Part shown: positions 40,177 through 53,018 of the stretch, piece after piece
Layout: the number at the start of each line of letters is the position of its first letter
Numbering within the stretch: position 1 is the first letter of the stretch
Assembly: GCA_002633005.1 (NCBI GenBank)
Contig: NMRA01000005.1
Span: forward strand, 1,223,601 to 1,287,600
DNA: 64,000 nt
Direction of reading: 5' to 3'
From: Phoronis australis
Taxonomy: Eukaryota; Animalia; Phoronida
Translations under genes and position numbers: made by a program
The notes under the pieces: model-generated
Told to the model about the DNA's origin: nothing
Database searches by the model: none
Seen by the model: only the letters and a program-made list of their open reading frames with translations

Positions 40177-41912
40177 ATTATTGCATATAACTAAAGGTAC
40201 TCTTGAACATGGTGTACCTTGTCACTTTCCTAAAACCTTTCTTAACACCACTGCATATCGCAGCTCTGAATTAAATATTTCAAAGTGGTGAAAAATAGGC
40301 ACAGGAATTATCAAAAAGTTGACAAAATTACCTGTCGTCGAAAAGAAAAGATCAAAGAAAAAAAATTCTGGCTAATTTTCAAATGACCGGTGCTTATTAT
40401 GTGTCATGTTCTCTGGGTTTTCATGTCTTTGATGAAGCAAGACGAATTTCGGTGGAAGTTGTCAATTTTTTTGACAACTGCTTTTGTTCATTATTAATTG
40501 ATTAGAACCATTGACTTTTGCACAATGCCCAAAGGTTTATTTGGCTGATAACTGTAACTTGATTTAATACTCTCTTTAGTGTGTCAAAATGACCAATCGT
40601 CGCAAATCAGCAGCAGCTAATTATCAGGAGGCATTGCAAGAAAGATTACGAGTTAAACATTTTTAATTGTTAAAACAATTCATCAGGGTCATTTTTAATG
40701 ATAAATTGTATTCTCTGACTTTGGAAGGAAAAACTTCAATACTCCATGTAAAACTCTAGAGATCTAGTCCATCTGTGATTCACGTATACAAAGCAAGTGT
40801 CTGCCCTTGGCAAGTGCAATAAGAGTCAAATGTAGGCAGTCGTCTAATTTATCGACTGACAAGGCTTGGGAGAGTGGAAGTCTTGTTAAACAACTAAACA
40901 TTTATCCAATTGTATGTTACATCTTGTAACTCAGCATCACACGTTCTTTTCCCTGTGTGTCAAAGCCACCCACAGTGCCATACTCCATTACCTGTGAAGC
41001 CCGGTCAACACCTACTACTATTGTATAAGACATCAAATACAATAATCTGAATTCTACACACCCTGGTTGTTCTGCTTGGCTTTGTACAAGTCTACAGGTA
41101 AAAAGAATGTTGTCAAGACACTCGTCTACTTACTCGGATTAGTCATACATGGTGTGGCAACCATTTTAGAAGTTCTATTGTGAGTTAGCACCACTAGTTA
41201 GGGGGAGATGGAAGTCATTAATTTTTTCTGCATCCAGATTCATCGGCGCCAACTTGATTCATTCTAAGTTCAAGTTGAGTTTTAAGTCGCTGTATGTGAC
41301 ATTACTATTATTCATAATGAAGTATTGGGTTTTATTACACGACGCCTGATACTTCTGTCCTCTGATTGGCTAAGATGCAATATAAGAACTGACTGCAGAA
41401 ACGATAAATCTGTGACTACTGTAAACAAGGAGAGCAGACAATAACAGAATATCAAAATGGGAAAACATGCCAATCTATCAATACAAAGAAATCTGAGTTA
41501 AGAAGCATCGGTGGCCGTATAATAAAATGAAATATAGACCAATTCGTCAGGCATACTGGGTTATGTGACCTCAGGTAATATCGCTCTCTTTCTCTTGATG
41601 CATGTAACCTGATATCATCTTTGGGATTGGTCTTGTATATTTTACGAACAGTGTGTGGTAAAGATCCTTTATGGGAGTGTTGTTCAACCCCTGGGTGAAG
41701 CTGTATTCCGTTTATTTTTGGACATGTGACGAGTCCTGGTTGGTGTGTGTGTAAATTTTTTGAACTCCGTGTAAACTGTAAACCTGTGTGGTTATTGTTG
41801 AAGTAAATATTTCGAAATGTTTTAATGTTGGTCTTAAAAAACAAATACATACTTGTACATTTTTAATGTCTTGTCATTCATTGCTAAGAAGTGAAAATTT
41901 GGATCTGGTTAA

Positions 41913-42153
41913 CAGGGCTTGGAATGACCAATGACAAAAAGAGGAAAATTTTCCAGTTAATATATCGTTCCATAAATAGGCTTGCGTGACAAATATTTTT
42001 TGTGTTGTAAAATTTAAGCAAAATAAATGCTTTTTCATGAATAAAGTTGAAACAATGATAAAATAGAGATGAAAAAGAGGAAATTGGAAATCAAATAGGA
42101 AATCTAAAAAAAAAACGGGAAATCCTCTTAAAAGAGGAAAATTCCAAGCCCTG
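41913..42153. mobile_element. hAT-like MITE with 6-bp TSD
   Basis: CAGGGCTTGGAAT...ATTCCAAGCCCTG flanked by GGTTAA on both sides. Confidence 0.8.
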
Positions 42154-43472
42154 GGTTAACTGTCTGTTCGAAAGTATTGGCAGGACTGTATACCATTGGT
42201 CAGAAGTATTCCGCTCAGCGTAAAAACGACTTATGCAGTGAGACTTAATTCTCAGCATGTAAAGGTGATCTTAGTAAAGAGAAGTTTCACCTGATGCATC
42301 AAATATGTTAAAAGCACAAAATTAGCAATCAATTACAATTTTTGTATTTTTTCAAACCAGGCATATTTGCATTCGGCTTGGTCACTTACAAACATGCATT
42401 ACACACATACAGTGTACAGGTAGGAATATTCTGTCATCAAAACAGAACTGTACTTCAGGTAATGGCAACAGGAATATGAAGTGTTCGAGTGCTGTGATAA
42501 GTATAAGGGTATAATGACAATGAAGACATGTCACTGAAGTGACTAGTCACAATGTTTGCCCAACACTATCAAACATCAATCCAGTGAACCAACATTCTAC
42601 AATTGTTGGGGTTCAATTAATTTTCATTTTTTTCACTTAATTTTTTGCTGTTCAGAAATCACTGCATTGGGACAGAAGAATGCGCAATGCATATTTGAAA
42701 AACGCTTAACATGAGAAGTGGTACTTTTATGAACGGAAATACAGGAATATCACCTTCAAATGAAAGGGATGTTTTTATTTCTTTAGTTGCATTCCTTTCA
42801 ACTTATGCGGGTTGTTCGAACCTAGGTTTCATTCGTACAACTTCTAGTAAGTTACGACCCATGCCAAAAACAAATTCACTGAATAATAACCACATCCCGA
42901 ATTCACGTCTCTTCTTCAGCTGAGGTAGCTCGACTGCCAACACACTTCAGAGCCGAGTCACACAGTAAAGAACGATGTGTAGTACCCCACTCACTGTGCA
43001 ACAGTAAAGTTTCATTGGTATTACAATGACAACTTAATATTTATGAATTAAAATAGTGATAAACACTACCACAGCAAGAGAAGTACCCTCCGAATGCACG
43101 GCATCGTGGGTAAATATCCAACAATCAAAAGTGGCACTGTGGTATTTCTGGATAAGACTATTCACACAATGCTTTTGTAACAATTGGCAAACAATGGCCC
43201 AAGCTCCCTCAACTGAACTGGTAGAAAAATCAGAAATGCGCAGCCCAAAGCTTAAGTTGATTTTACTACTATGAACACCAGACACAAGAACGACTCTGCT
43301 ACAACTTCGCATGGTTATCAAGAAGGTTCATGCATCGCAATAACTCGATCATATCCAAACTATTAACTCAACTCCTCCTAAAGAGCTACTCAGGCAAATA
43401 ATTTACAAGTCTCCACAATTGACGTGAGAACCTCTTCAAATGTATGTACACAACAATCCTAACGTTCAGCAT

Positions 43473-43623
43473 TTAGATGATGATCTCGAAATCTCCAAGC
43501 TCGTCATCTGATGGTAGCTCCATTTTGCTAGGGTCTACGTACCACCTGTCTATGAGAGGTAAGCCTTCACGCTCTCTCCTGGCCAGTTCTATGTAGGCCT
43601 CACGCTGGGCCCACTCTTGTGCC
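43473..43623 (-). CDS. NDUFB11: NDUFB11 exon 3
   Basis: tttcag|G AQEWAQREAYIELARREREGLPLIDRWYVDPSKMELPSDDELGDFEIII-TAA. Confidence 0.93.
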
Positions 43624-44200
43624 CTGAAAAGGCAAAGCAAAGTTAAGTGATGTTTTCGTTATGAGTGGAAACCATTAACAGCTTGGATGTAATGATTCCA
43701 TTTGTGTTTATCTTTAAGAATTGTAATTACATTTACCATGCAAAGTAAGACAATTTGACTGACCAATCAAATCATGATAACCTGTAGGCATCAAATTCCG
43801 CCAATAAGAGACTTGTGAGAACAGACTGGGTGCCCTTTTAACCATAATAAAGCATAAAAATGGTTCCAGGTGATCAGTGCAATGGGCCCACATGAGCAAC
43901 TCGCGCATGTCTCGTACAACATGTATGAGACCACCTACAATTAATTTTATGCAAGAGCCACAGACACACCCGCGACCCTTGGTCCTTTGAAAGGAAAGAT
44001 CTCGCTTTAAGCCACAAAAACAAACGAAGTCACCTAGCACTAACTCCATCAAGTGTTGGGCAAGAGAACCAACCCATAGTACTTCACCTACAGTAAAAAA
44101 ACAATGCAATCAGACGAAATACAGTTTTCGCCGTCACAACGGCAAATTCTGATACGACGGCAAAAACTCTAATTACAGAATGACTCATCCACCTATTAAT

Positions 44201-44300
44201 CACCCTTCATTCTCAGTCATCAGGGGAGACTACTCTGAAGATGAATTCCACTTCTGCCCTGCCCTCATGATGGGGGAATTCTGGGTCATTTTGTCTGGGT
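44201..44300. repeat. Dispersed repeat fragment
   Basis: CCCTTCATTCTCAGTCATCAG.GGAGACTACTCTGA...GGTCATTTTGTC is shared with 60457-60544. Confidence 0.65.
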
Positions 44301-44537
44301 AGTTTTGAAGAAATAACGTAACGTCAACAAACTTGCTACTGCCCAACTAATATAACAGCTAAGTAGCATTACAGTGGACACTTACACTGGCACACCTGAG
44401 TGAGACCAGTCCCGTGAAGCCATTATTACCAATTCCAGAAATAACTTCTAGCCTTGGTAATGACCAAACCAATACCAATACCAATACCATGGTAAATAAT
44501 CTGTTATTTGGACTTCAATAACACATTTCTCATAACA

Positions 44538-44781
44538 CAAGGCTTGGAACGACCAATGACAAAAAGAGGAAAATATCCCAGGTAATGCATCATTCCACAA
44601 TTAAATAGGTTCATGCAATAGAGATATTTTTTGTTTTGTAAAATTTAACTGAAATAAACATTTCCGTCAAAATAATGATAAAAAAGGGAGGAAAAGATGG
44701 AAACTGGAAATCAAGTAAGAGGAAATAGAAATCAAACAAAGGAAAATTAATACTCTTAAAAGGGCAAAATTCCAAGCACTG
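44538..44781. mobile_element. Second copy of the 6-bp-TSD MITE (NDUFB11 intron 2)
   Basis: Collinear with 41913-42153; flanks ATAACA/ATAACC. Confidence 0.8.
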
Positions 44782-44818
44782 ATAACCAATGCATTGTCCC
44801 GACCACGCTGATATCTAC

Positions 44819-44952
44819 CTATAGTCAGGTTGATAAGCTAATATAAAACCCCCGATGCAGAAGACGCCCGTCAGAAGTGCAAACATGAAGCCTCTGTGTA
44901 ACCACAAATCTTCTTCTTTATCATCCAATCTGTAGCCGAAGGAAATCCAGTT
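44819..44952 (-). CDS. NDUFB11: NDUFB11 exon 2 (transmembrane helix)
   Basis: tttcag|NWISFGYRLDDKEEDLWLHRGFMFALLTGVFCIGGFILAYQPDY AG|gtagat. Confidence 0.93.
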
Positions 44953-45310
44953 CTGAAAGCATCAAACACAGTGACCATATAATTACTGGATCTCATAAAT
45001 TTAATATAAGTCGGGAGATGGCAAAATAAAAACACAAGCCAAGGCTTCTCAAACCACCAAAGGGTTGAAAATCAATATGAAAACTCAATAAAAAAATAAA
45101 ATTGAAACAGAAATGGCTCTCTTCACGATTTTGTTGATGGAGTGAAGTACCATTCAGAAAAAAATTGAGTATTTTGTGTGTATTTGTACGACCTGGAAGA
45201 ACTTAACGACTCCAAGTACCTCCAAAGATGTTCATCCATACTTAAAAGGTGCAGAATTTTCAGAAAATCGTCTGGCATACAGGCTGGATTAAGATCTGCC
45301 TGTGATACAC

Positions 45311-46218
45311 AGGCACCTTTAATCTGCCCTCAACTGTACACTAAATAAAGAGAAAGGTATACTACTGCTATTCACTATGGCCAGCCGCCAGGCACTTCCG
45401 GAATAACTCAAAGCATGTCAAATCTGGGAGTAATTTAAGTCAGATTTTTTCTGCGACTGCAGCATTTCACTAGTTACATTTGTTAACATCGAAACCAATA
45501 AATTCCATAAATAACTTCAGATTTTCCTAGTTCAATCGGCAACATTCACGGCAAAGCGTAGATCCCGAAATGTGCCAAATGGCATCAACTAATGCGCATG
45601 CTCATAAGGCCCCTCGGCCCCTCATAACATCTTCAGAACTCTTACATCAACTAAAAACAGCAACATTACGCCAGGGGCACGCTGATTTGGTACAAGAAAA
45701 ATAGGTCAACATTTCAAGTGGACCTTCCAATTTGCTTCCATTTGTCTAAATCATTATGCTTGTATGTGAATTAATTATTGTATTTGGTTATTGTATTGTA
45801 TTTAGTTGTTGTATTGGATTTGAGTGTAAACAATAACATTGTAGTGTGAACTGCGCCATCAGTTTACTCTGCCTCTACTGTTGATGCAAGCATTCTGAAG
45901 ATGTTGCAAGGGGCCTTATGAGCATGCGCATTAGTTGATGCCAATTGGCACATTTCGAGACCTATGCTTTGCCATGAATGTTGCCACTTGAACTAGGAAA
46001 ATCTGGAGGTATTTATGGTATTTATTTGTTTCGATATCAACAAATGTAACTAGTGAACGTGTTGTTGTCGCAGATAAAATGCTTGACTTAAATTATTCTC
46101 AGATTTGACGTGCTTGGAGTTATTCCGGAAGTGCCCCACAGGCAGCCATATTGGATAGCAGTTGTATACTATTTTTTCCTTTATTATAGTATATCATTGT
46201 GGCCTGATAAAGGTGCCT
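45311..46218. mobile_element. Fold-back element with ~340-bp inverted arms in NDUFB11 intron 1
   Basis: 45311-45651 is the imperfect reverse complement of 45880-46218. Confidence 0.85.
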
Positions 46219-46272
46219 ATGCTGCGGTATGATGTCATATCCCCTGGCATTTGCTACTGAAAACATGGCCGG

Positions 46273-46390
46273 CACTGGTCGGATATAGCAGTCCCTAATT
46301 TAGAGAACCAGTTTCATCCACTGAATAATGGGCCCGTTATTCAATGATAACCTGGTTCTCTAAAACAAGGACCACTATATCCGACTAGTG
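46273..46390. mobile_element. Fully palindromic 118-bp MITE with CACT(G/A) termini (CACTA/EnSpm-like)
   Basis: CACTGGTCGGATATAG...GGGCCC...CTATATCCGACTAGTG; interrupts a repeat also found at 48600-48775. Confidence 0.65.
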
Positions 46391-46645
46391 GCAACATAGC
46401 TAGTTTCTAATTTTGGGAGGAACTGAACGAAGCCAAGGTCAAGACTTAAGGACCGCTTGAAGTACGCTCGAAGAAAAAGTTTGATAACGGGAGTATTTGT
46501 TCAAGCTGGAAGCAATTAAAGACATCGACGGCCTTGTAATGTGCTCACAAGGTACTTATAACAACGCAGTTTCACCGTCTCTACTGAACTGGCCAGCTAG
46601 AGACAGTCATTGACATTGGTCACTGTCTCTCAAAGTCAAACTTAC

Positions 46646-46834
46646 CGGATCCTCCACGTCTGACTGTGGCTCGAAAGTCTGTGGTTTTTCTAAAGGTCCT
46701 GTTACTGTAGCTGAATCTTTTGTTTTTTTGGACGTTGAAATGAAACATGCTGGTTGAATGTGACGACAAGTTCGAGTGCTCTGCGCAATCATTAAACTGG
46801 TTCTCCGCAAAGCAACTCTACATAGCGACGCCAT
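46646..46834 (-). CDS. NDUFB11: NDUFB11 exon 1 (mitochondrial targeting peptide)
   Basis: caagATGGCG start; MASLCRVALRRTSLMIAQSTRTCRHIQPACFISTSKKTKD...DVEDP|gtaagt. Confidence 0.92.
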
Positions 46835-47329
46835 CTTGGAGGGTAATGGCAATCTTGTCTTGTAAAGAACTACCAACTCCCATTGTTTTAGAACGAAGTT
46901 TGTAATTCCAAAAGAAAGTTTTGTTACTAATAAGTATATTTTTCATTAGTAAATAGGCTTTTAAGAGCATTCAAAAGGCTTGAAGCATATCATTGTGCTG
47001 TTAACTTGGAAATTATTTTTGTACTGTATTACATGACTTTTAGTGAAGTTTTATTCTCCGTACACTTTAAAGATATTTTCGTAAAAAAATCAATTGTTTT
47101 GTTGAAAAAAATTGTTTTCTTTTGTAAGAAAACATGCCTGTTGACCTATATGAACTAAAAATAACGACAGAGGAAAGCAATCTAAATATATTGCCAGTGT
47201 GTTATAACGATATATCTAATAAGTGAAAGTTTCCGTCACTTTTGTCAAATCCCGCCAAACACGATTTCCTGTTTTCGTCTGTCAAAGGGTTATGAAGTTT
47301 CCGTCTGAAACATAGGCAAACACTGAGCT
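46835..47329. promoter_or_regulatory. Putative bidirectional promoter NDUFB11/ATRIP
   Basis: Divergent genes. YY1-type CAAGATGGCG overlaps the NDUFB11 ATG, a consensus E2F site TTTGGCGGGA lies on the minus strand at 47250-47259, and a + strand donor ct|gtaagt lies at 47330. TSS positions are inferred, not observed. Confidence 0.5.
47230..47329 (+). other. ATRIP: Candidate non-coding first exon of ATRIP
   Basis: The ATG exon of ATRIP starts at a strong acceptor (ttttacag|51827) and has an in-frame stop before the ATG, so an upstream UTR exon is expected. gagct|gtaagt at 47330 beside the E2F site is the best candidate. The start coordinate is approximate. Confidence 0.4.
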
Positions 47330-48240
47330 GTAAGTCATGTTTAAGAACCCGTGCTTTGTAAGATCTTCTGCGTTTATAATGCATTGGTGTAGGATGTGCA
47401 GCGTCCGACGCTAAGAAAACACCAGGCCATAATCGCAACAACGCCTCGGCGCTAGTGAGTCCCGCTAGTGCCCAGTGTTCACGAGAGTTTATTCTTGATC
47501 TTTGAGAAGACACCTCTCACTCACTCTCTGTATGTGTAATAAAGGGAATGCACCTGTCCTCAAATATTGCAGTCAATGAATGATCTCGAATCAAAAGTCA
47601 TGCTGCAGCCAAATATAGTAGTGTATCGTCAGAGGTCCTAAAGACTTTATTACCTAAAGTCGTGAGTGCCCTAAAGTTGTGAACAATCTTATTTTCTCTT
47701 CTGCCCAGTCCCGCGACATCAGGCGTTGATGTTTCCAGCGTTCGTCTGCTTACGAACATCAAACGAATATCCAGACGTGTTGGTATTCACGATATCAAAC
47801 AGTGAGTGAGTGGCTTCTTTTTTCAAATGTATCTTTAAAACAGTATATATCACTAATCCACTTTTTGTGCATTTTTGGGATGTAATTTTGAAAATATTCA
47901 TCCTTCAGATTTACTCAAACACGCGCTCCAGGGGTAGCTTGAACAATGTATCAATACGTCCCAGGGTCAATCAAGTTTTGTAAGGCCAAAGCAATAAAAT
48001 ACAGAGAGATAATTGATGCTGGGTTCTTTGCGTTTTATTGAAAAACCTCATTGAAAACATCTGTGCACATCAAAGTTGGGTGTAAACATAAAACATATAT
48101 AACAATTAATTTCAATTGAAACTGAATTAATAAACAATGCAATGCATTTTTATGTCGTCTAGAGTAACTGTAAGCACTGTAGTTGACTTGTGTGGTCTTA
48201 CTTCGTGCATTTCCGTCTAATCGAAACGGTCACGACTTTA

Positions 48241-48975
48241 GGGCCTCATTCAAAATGGCCGGCGATATCAGCGACCATTTCAAAACTTTGCTTACGGAGG
48301 CAAACGAGGATTTAGATTGTCAAAACACGTATATTTGGGAAGGCTGATATATGTCCATGACATCAAATGAGCAGTTGCTAACGGACATTAGGTAGTATGA
48401 CAATCAGCTGCTTATCATGTTTATTCACGACTTTAGGTCACCGGTGTGTACTAGTACTAGACTGTACCACCGTCTCGGTAAGAGTACGGTGTCGGTGGCC
48501 ATCTCACATAGCCACACCATACGGTGGAAGCTTTTTGGTGAATTATGTCTCGCGTTGATTAAACCACCAAAGTCATATTGCTATAAGTACCTTTTGCACA
48601 TCATATCCCCTGGCACAAGTAGTGTGTAAATGGCCAGTTGGCGATTTGGGCAACTGAGCGTAGTACTATTCGTGAAAAGCTTGATTGCGGGAGTATTTGT
48701 TCGAGGTGCAAAGATTTAAAGACATCAACGGCCTCTTGAGGTGTCCGTCCGTGTGCAAAAGTTACTTATAACATCAAGACGTTGATTGTTCAATCATTAT
48801 GAGGCATTATTCGCCAAAAAGCTTCCGTCATATGGAGGGCCTATCAGATGTCTCTACTGCGTCCAGTTGAAACGATGGTACTGTCTAAGAGTACTAGTAG
48901 GTAGCGATTGACAAGCATGTTACTGTGTATTGTAGCGAGTTTCAGAACACCGCGAGACTTCATTTGGAATGGAGG
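48241..48975. mobile_element. Degenerate fold-back/Harbinger-like element
   Basis: TTA|GGGCCTCATTCAAAATG...CATTTGGAATGGAGG with internal inverted blocks (e.g. GGAAGCTTTTTGGTGAAT / ATTCGCCAAAAAGCTTCC). Confidence 0.55.
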
Positions 48976-49008
48976 AAAGATGTATTCCCTGTAATGTATT
49001 CCCTGTAT

Positions 49009-51360
49009 TACCGTAATCGTTCGGGTTAACGCCCATGCTCAGTTAACCGCCCATCCCCGACTTTAAGTGGATTTTCGATTTAACCGCCCACTGCTCGGTT
49101 AAGCGCCCATCCCCGACTTTTAAAGAATGAAGATTTAGCGCCTAGTTCTAAGGAAACGCGCGATTCCCCGACTTTTAGAAAAAGATCGATGATGGCAATG
49201 AGTGCAACGACGCCGGGACTCCGAGACGGTGGTTTAGCAATCTGAATTATAATACAAGTAACGAGTTATTGTCTTGGGTTATGAACTCACTTCAAAACAT
49301 AATACTCGAACCTTTTTGTCACTTTATTTTCTTCCCTTGTTTGCAAAGTTTAAGAACGCCGCCGGGGTCAAAACCTCCGCTTTTAGCGACTTTGTCTGCC
49401 GCGCTGAGTTTCCGTCTGCAGTGCACTAGATAAAACATATATTCGAAAAAATCAGGCTAGAGAAATGTGACAATGGTTTTGCCAACCCTCCAAATTCTAT
49501 TAATGTGGGAAGCTCTCGTATTTTGAATAAATCTCACAACTCACGGAAAGATGTCAAATTCTCAATATTTTGATGAATATAACTGCCGGGTTATAGAGGA
49601 TGTGGGGCGACCGAAGGGACAGTACAAGTGCCTTACTGGGTTACCGATTTCGTTGCTGCCTGTCGATTTCTGAATTCAAACGTTGGCAATAATGTATGTT
49701 TGTGTATGATCTTGAAGTAATAAAAAACGGCTAGTCAAATTTTGTTTTTCGCTTATTGCATCTCAGTCAAACTGGTTAGCAATGTCGCTGGCTGTTCTTT
49801 ACTATTTCTTGCGTCAGCCCCCACAAAAAAGCGTGACTGTGTGAATTATCGTTTCCACATCCCCTTTTTAGCCATCCAGAATAATTTTGTTTATACATTG
49901 GCCATTTTCAGCCTGAACAAAAATTCTTACCATTCGAGTCTGAAATATCTACGACGTAGACTGCTTGACGATAGTGGGTAGGAGATTCACGCAGCTAGTT
50001 ACAGGGATGGGCTTAGGGAGCATCGAGCCGGGAAATATGGGAATAGACTTGACATCGCAGTTTTGGGGAACATTGCCAACGGAGGAATATCGTAAAGAAC
50101 TGGGTCTTTCGTAACAATAGCTTAAAAGTACATAGTCACGCCCGTTTTTGTTACTTCGTCGGACTGTCGCTATGTGTGACCGATTTGTAGTGGTGCACGT
50201 GCGCAAGTTCCCACACTTTGGAGTGCATGTTACCTTGACACTAACATGTGATTGACAGGTGACTCACGTAGGCCCTACGTGCGTGCTGAATACCGCCACT
50301 GTCTTTGGCCATGAAAAGCGAGATGCATATTGAAAGAGGCCGTAAAATTACTTGACGGCATTTCTAAGTCATGATTGTCAGCCGACTGAGACAATGCGCA
50401 ATAACAGCGGGACCGAACAGTGCCGCAGTGCGATATTACAAGTGATATAAATAGGATAATCTGGACATCTTGCATGAAAAATAAATGTTTTTCCACCACG
50501 AAGTTTGGTAAGGTGATCGTTTAGAATAATGAATTGAAACATTGCTGTTTTCTGACATTTTGTAACATACTTATGCAGTTGCTTGAAATTTTATTCTTGA
50601 TCGACGTCTAGCTCGACCACCCCCGATCCTTGTCTTACTTCTTTGCATAGCATGTTTGGCGCAACGGCAAGAGAGCAATGCCGGGCTGTCGAGATAAGAC
50701 AGCTAGCCGCAGAACCATACGCTGAAAATGTCATTGAGTCACGGAGTGTCGACTATAACATCCCAAACACAAAAAAACAGCTGAGTTAAGTTTTTCAAAC
50801 TTTTATTACAACCAATTTTAAAACTGCTCTCTGACTCAGAACTTGACAGCTACATATAGTACGAGAATGTAACCATAAATTTGATGTCTGACCTCTGCAA
50901 CACGTGAAGCTTGCACGCGCGCACTTAAGCAGGGTCACATCTTGAAACAGTTTTAATTCTAGTGGAGGCTGCATGGTGACTGGTCGTCTGCGCACTGCAA
51001 GACGGCACGTAGGCAATGACCATCGGCACGGGGCTATTACTCAGCAATTTTGTAAATTTACTAGTGAATGACTAATCTGAGGGCAAGAGAACCTTTGTTG
51101 GGATCATCCGCTGTTATGACGTTTTCACAGTCATTTGGCGACGTGACGATAAAGCTCTTTGAAAAGGGCTAGGCGTTCCGAGTATGATTGTCGTGTCGGG
51201 ATTTAGATCGCCAGGTAAGATTAACCGCCCAGGGCGGTTGTCTGTCGTAATAAGCGCCCATGTTCGATTTAACCGCCTACTGCTCAGTTAACTGCCCTCC
51301 CCCGATTTTTTGGATTCGCCAATTTAACCGCCCAGGGCGTTAACCCGAACGATTACGGTA
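49009..51360. mobile_element. Family B copy 2 (2.35 kb), TA-flanked non-autonomous DNA transposon
   Basis: Perfect TIRs TA-CCGTAATCGTTCGGGTTAACGCCC / GGGCGTTAACCCGAACGATTACGG-TA; no long ORF. Confidence 0.9.
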
Positions 51361-51855
51361 TATATGATGATGGTGTATGGGGGATGTGCTCATTAGAAAT
51401 GGAAAATAATTCCCATTGTCACAACTGCTGGCGAGTTGAGTAAACAGGACAGGTCACCAATTCCAAGTTTAGGCAATACTTCACATGAACCTACCACACG
51501 TGCCCTTTCAAGACACTCCTTCACCTTCTGTGGAACAATGGTGGTGCCTAGTATCAGATTTTAGCAACACTCCCAGAATTCTGGATCATCCCCACTCAGG
51601 TCACCTCTGATAAGTATCACATAAACTTTCATTTAGTACTGATGAAACCGTATCCATCATTTGGCTGTAAAGTGATGCCCCTTATAATAATAATAATAAT
51701 AATTGTCATGAACTCAAAACATTGAATTGCTGCTACGATCACAGCATCAATATTTAGGAGTTGATGTTCAAATTTAAATAAAAACACACCAGTGTTTATC
51801 TTTGCCATATCATTGTTATTTTACAGGTCCATGGTCTTAAAAGAAAGGTCTACGA

Positions 51856-52408
51856 ATGACTGCCAACCCATTGTTTTCAAGCTTCAAAAGTTTGGGTACC
51901 GGCTCCGCAATGAGTCGGAATACTAACTACCGAGACTGTGTATATGAACCACCAGACAAACGACAGAGGAGGCAAATGAACAGTGATAGTTTGTGGGGCA
52001 GTGATGACGAACTTGGAATCACGGACGAACAGATGATTGATTTTGAAATAATGGCGTCACAAGCTATGGTTACTAGTACACCGCGGAGTACTGTGCCTGG
52101 CTCCAATATTATGACCAGTGCAAAGTCTACTGGAAACCATTACTATGGCAACAGAGGGGCAACAAAAGTGTGTCCCAGTAGCAATGGCTCAAAACCAGTC
52201 CGGCAGACTAACACAATGGACACAAGTCTACTGGGTAGAAACCAAAGTGTTGCAAGCACCAGTGATAACAATGGTAAGAATAGGTGGTCTTTAAGTAGTG
52301 TGGGAGAATCAAAGCCAGGAAGGGATAGTGGTTATTTATCGCAAGCCACTAAGACGTTTTCCAAAGTGCAGTCCAACGTTAGCCAGAGAATTGACCAAGC
52401 AATAAAAG
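51856..52408 (+). CDS. ATRIP: ATRIP first coding exon
   Basis: Acceptor at 51826, ATG 51856, ORF MTANPLF...DQAIK G|gtgagc (phase 1). Confidence 0.85.
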
Positions 52409-52415
52409 GTGAGCC

Positions 52416-52645
52416 TGTAAATAATGAACCTCACAGAGTATTCTGAAAGGATAGATGCCATTTGTTAAATGGCTTGTAGAAAGCGTGATGTTGTTTGTGC
52501 ACAGTGTATGGATCTGTTATGTGTTGCCAGTGTAAATAATGAACCTCACAGAGTATTCTGAAAGGATAGATGCCATTTGTTAAATGGCTTGTAGAAAGCG
52601 TGATGTTGTTTGTGCACAGTGTATGGAGCTGTTATGTGTTGCCAG
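52416..52645. repeat. 115-bp tandem duplication just inside an ATRIP intron
   Basis: 52416-52530 is nearly identical to 52531-52645. Confidence 0.9.
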
Positions 52646-52911
52646 TGTGAAAAATACTGCATTCAAGTTATAATTTTATTTTTAATTTAATCTCCAAATC
52701 CTGTATTACAATGGCTTTAAGAGGGGGATATGAATTTCATTTGTTGGTTTTTGATTTTACAATGAATCGTGGTTGTTCATAGATTTTGTTATCTCTTTTT
52801 GATATGTATTGACGAAAAGCTCTAATACTGGGGAACTAGCTCATAGTGGTTGTGAATGTAGTATCCTTGGAGTCCCATTAAAACTTGCCTTACGAATTGT
52901 TTTGCATCTAG

Positions 52912-53018
52912 GGTCCAAACCCCCGGACTCTCACATTCCACAGGACCAAGCTGTTGCTGATGGAAACTCAAGTTTTTCCAACATTCTCCAGAAGGAAGTG
53001 GCCAGGCTCAAAGAAGAG
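52912..53018 (+). CDS. ATRIP: ATRIP coding exon
   Basis: atctag|GG TCC..., GSKPPDSHIPQDQAVADGNSSFSNILQKEVARLKEE|gttagt (phase 1-0). Confidence 0.82.

Larger units (their letters stand above)
43473..46834 (-). other. NDUFB11: Gene span: NADH dehydrogenase (ubiquinone) 1 beta subcomplex subunit 11 (ESSS), 157 aa
   Basis: Exons 46834-46646, 44952-44819 and 43623-43473 total 474 nt in frame. Arg-rich mitochondrial presequence, NWISFGY motif, one TM helix, PDYR.QEWA.REA and GLPLID..YVDPSK.ELP motifs typical of NDUFB11. Confidence 0.93.

Noticed and set aside
46835-46876. Track ORF extension MVVLYKTRLPLPSK upstream of the NDUFB11 ATG
   Set aside because: Begins at a non-ATG codon; the ATG at 46834 has good context and starts a typical presequence.
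49011-51358. Autonomous transposase gene in family B
   Set aside because: No ORF over ~85 aa and no DDE motif in either copy.
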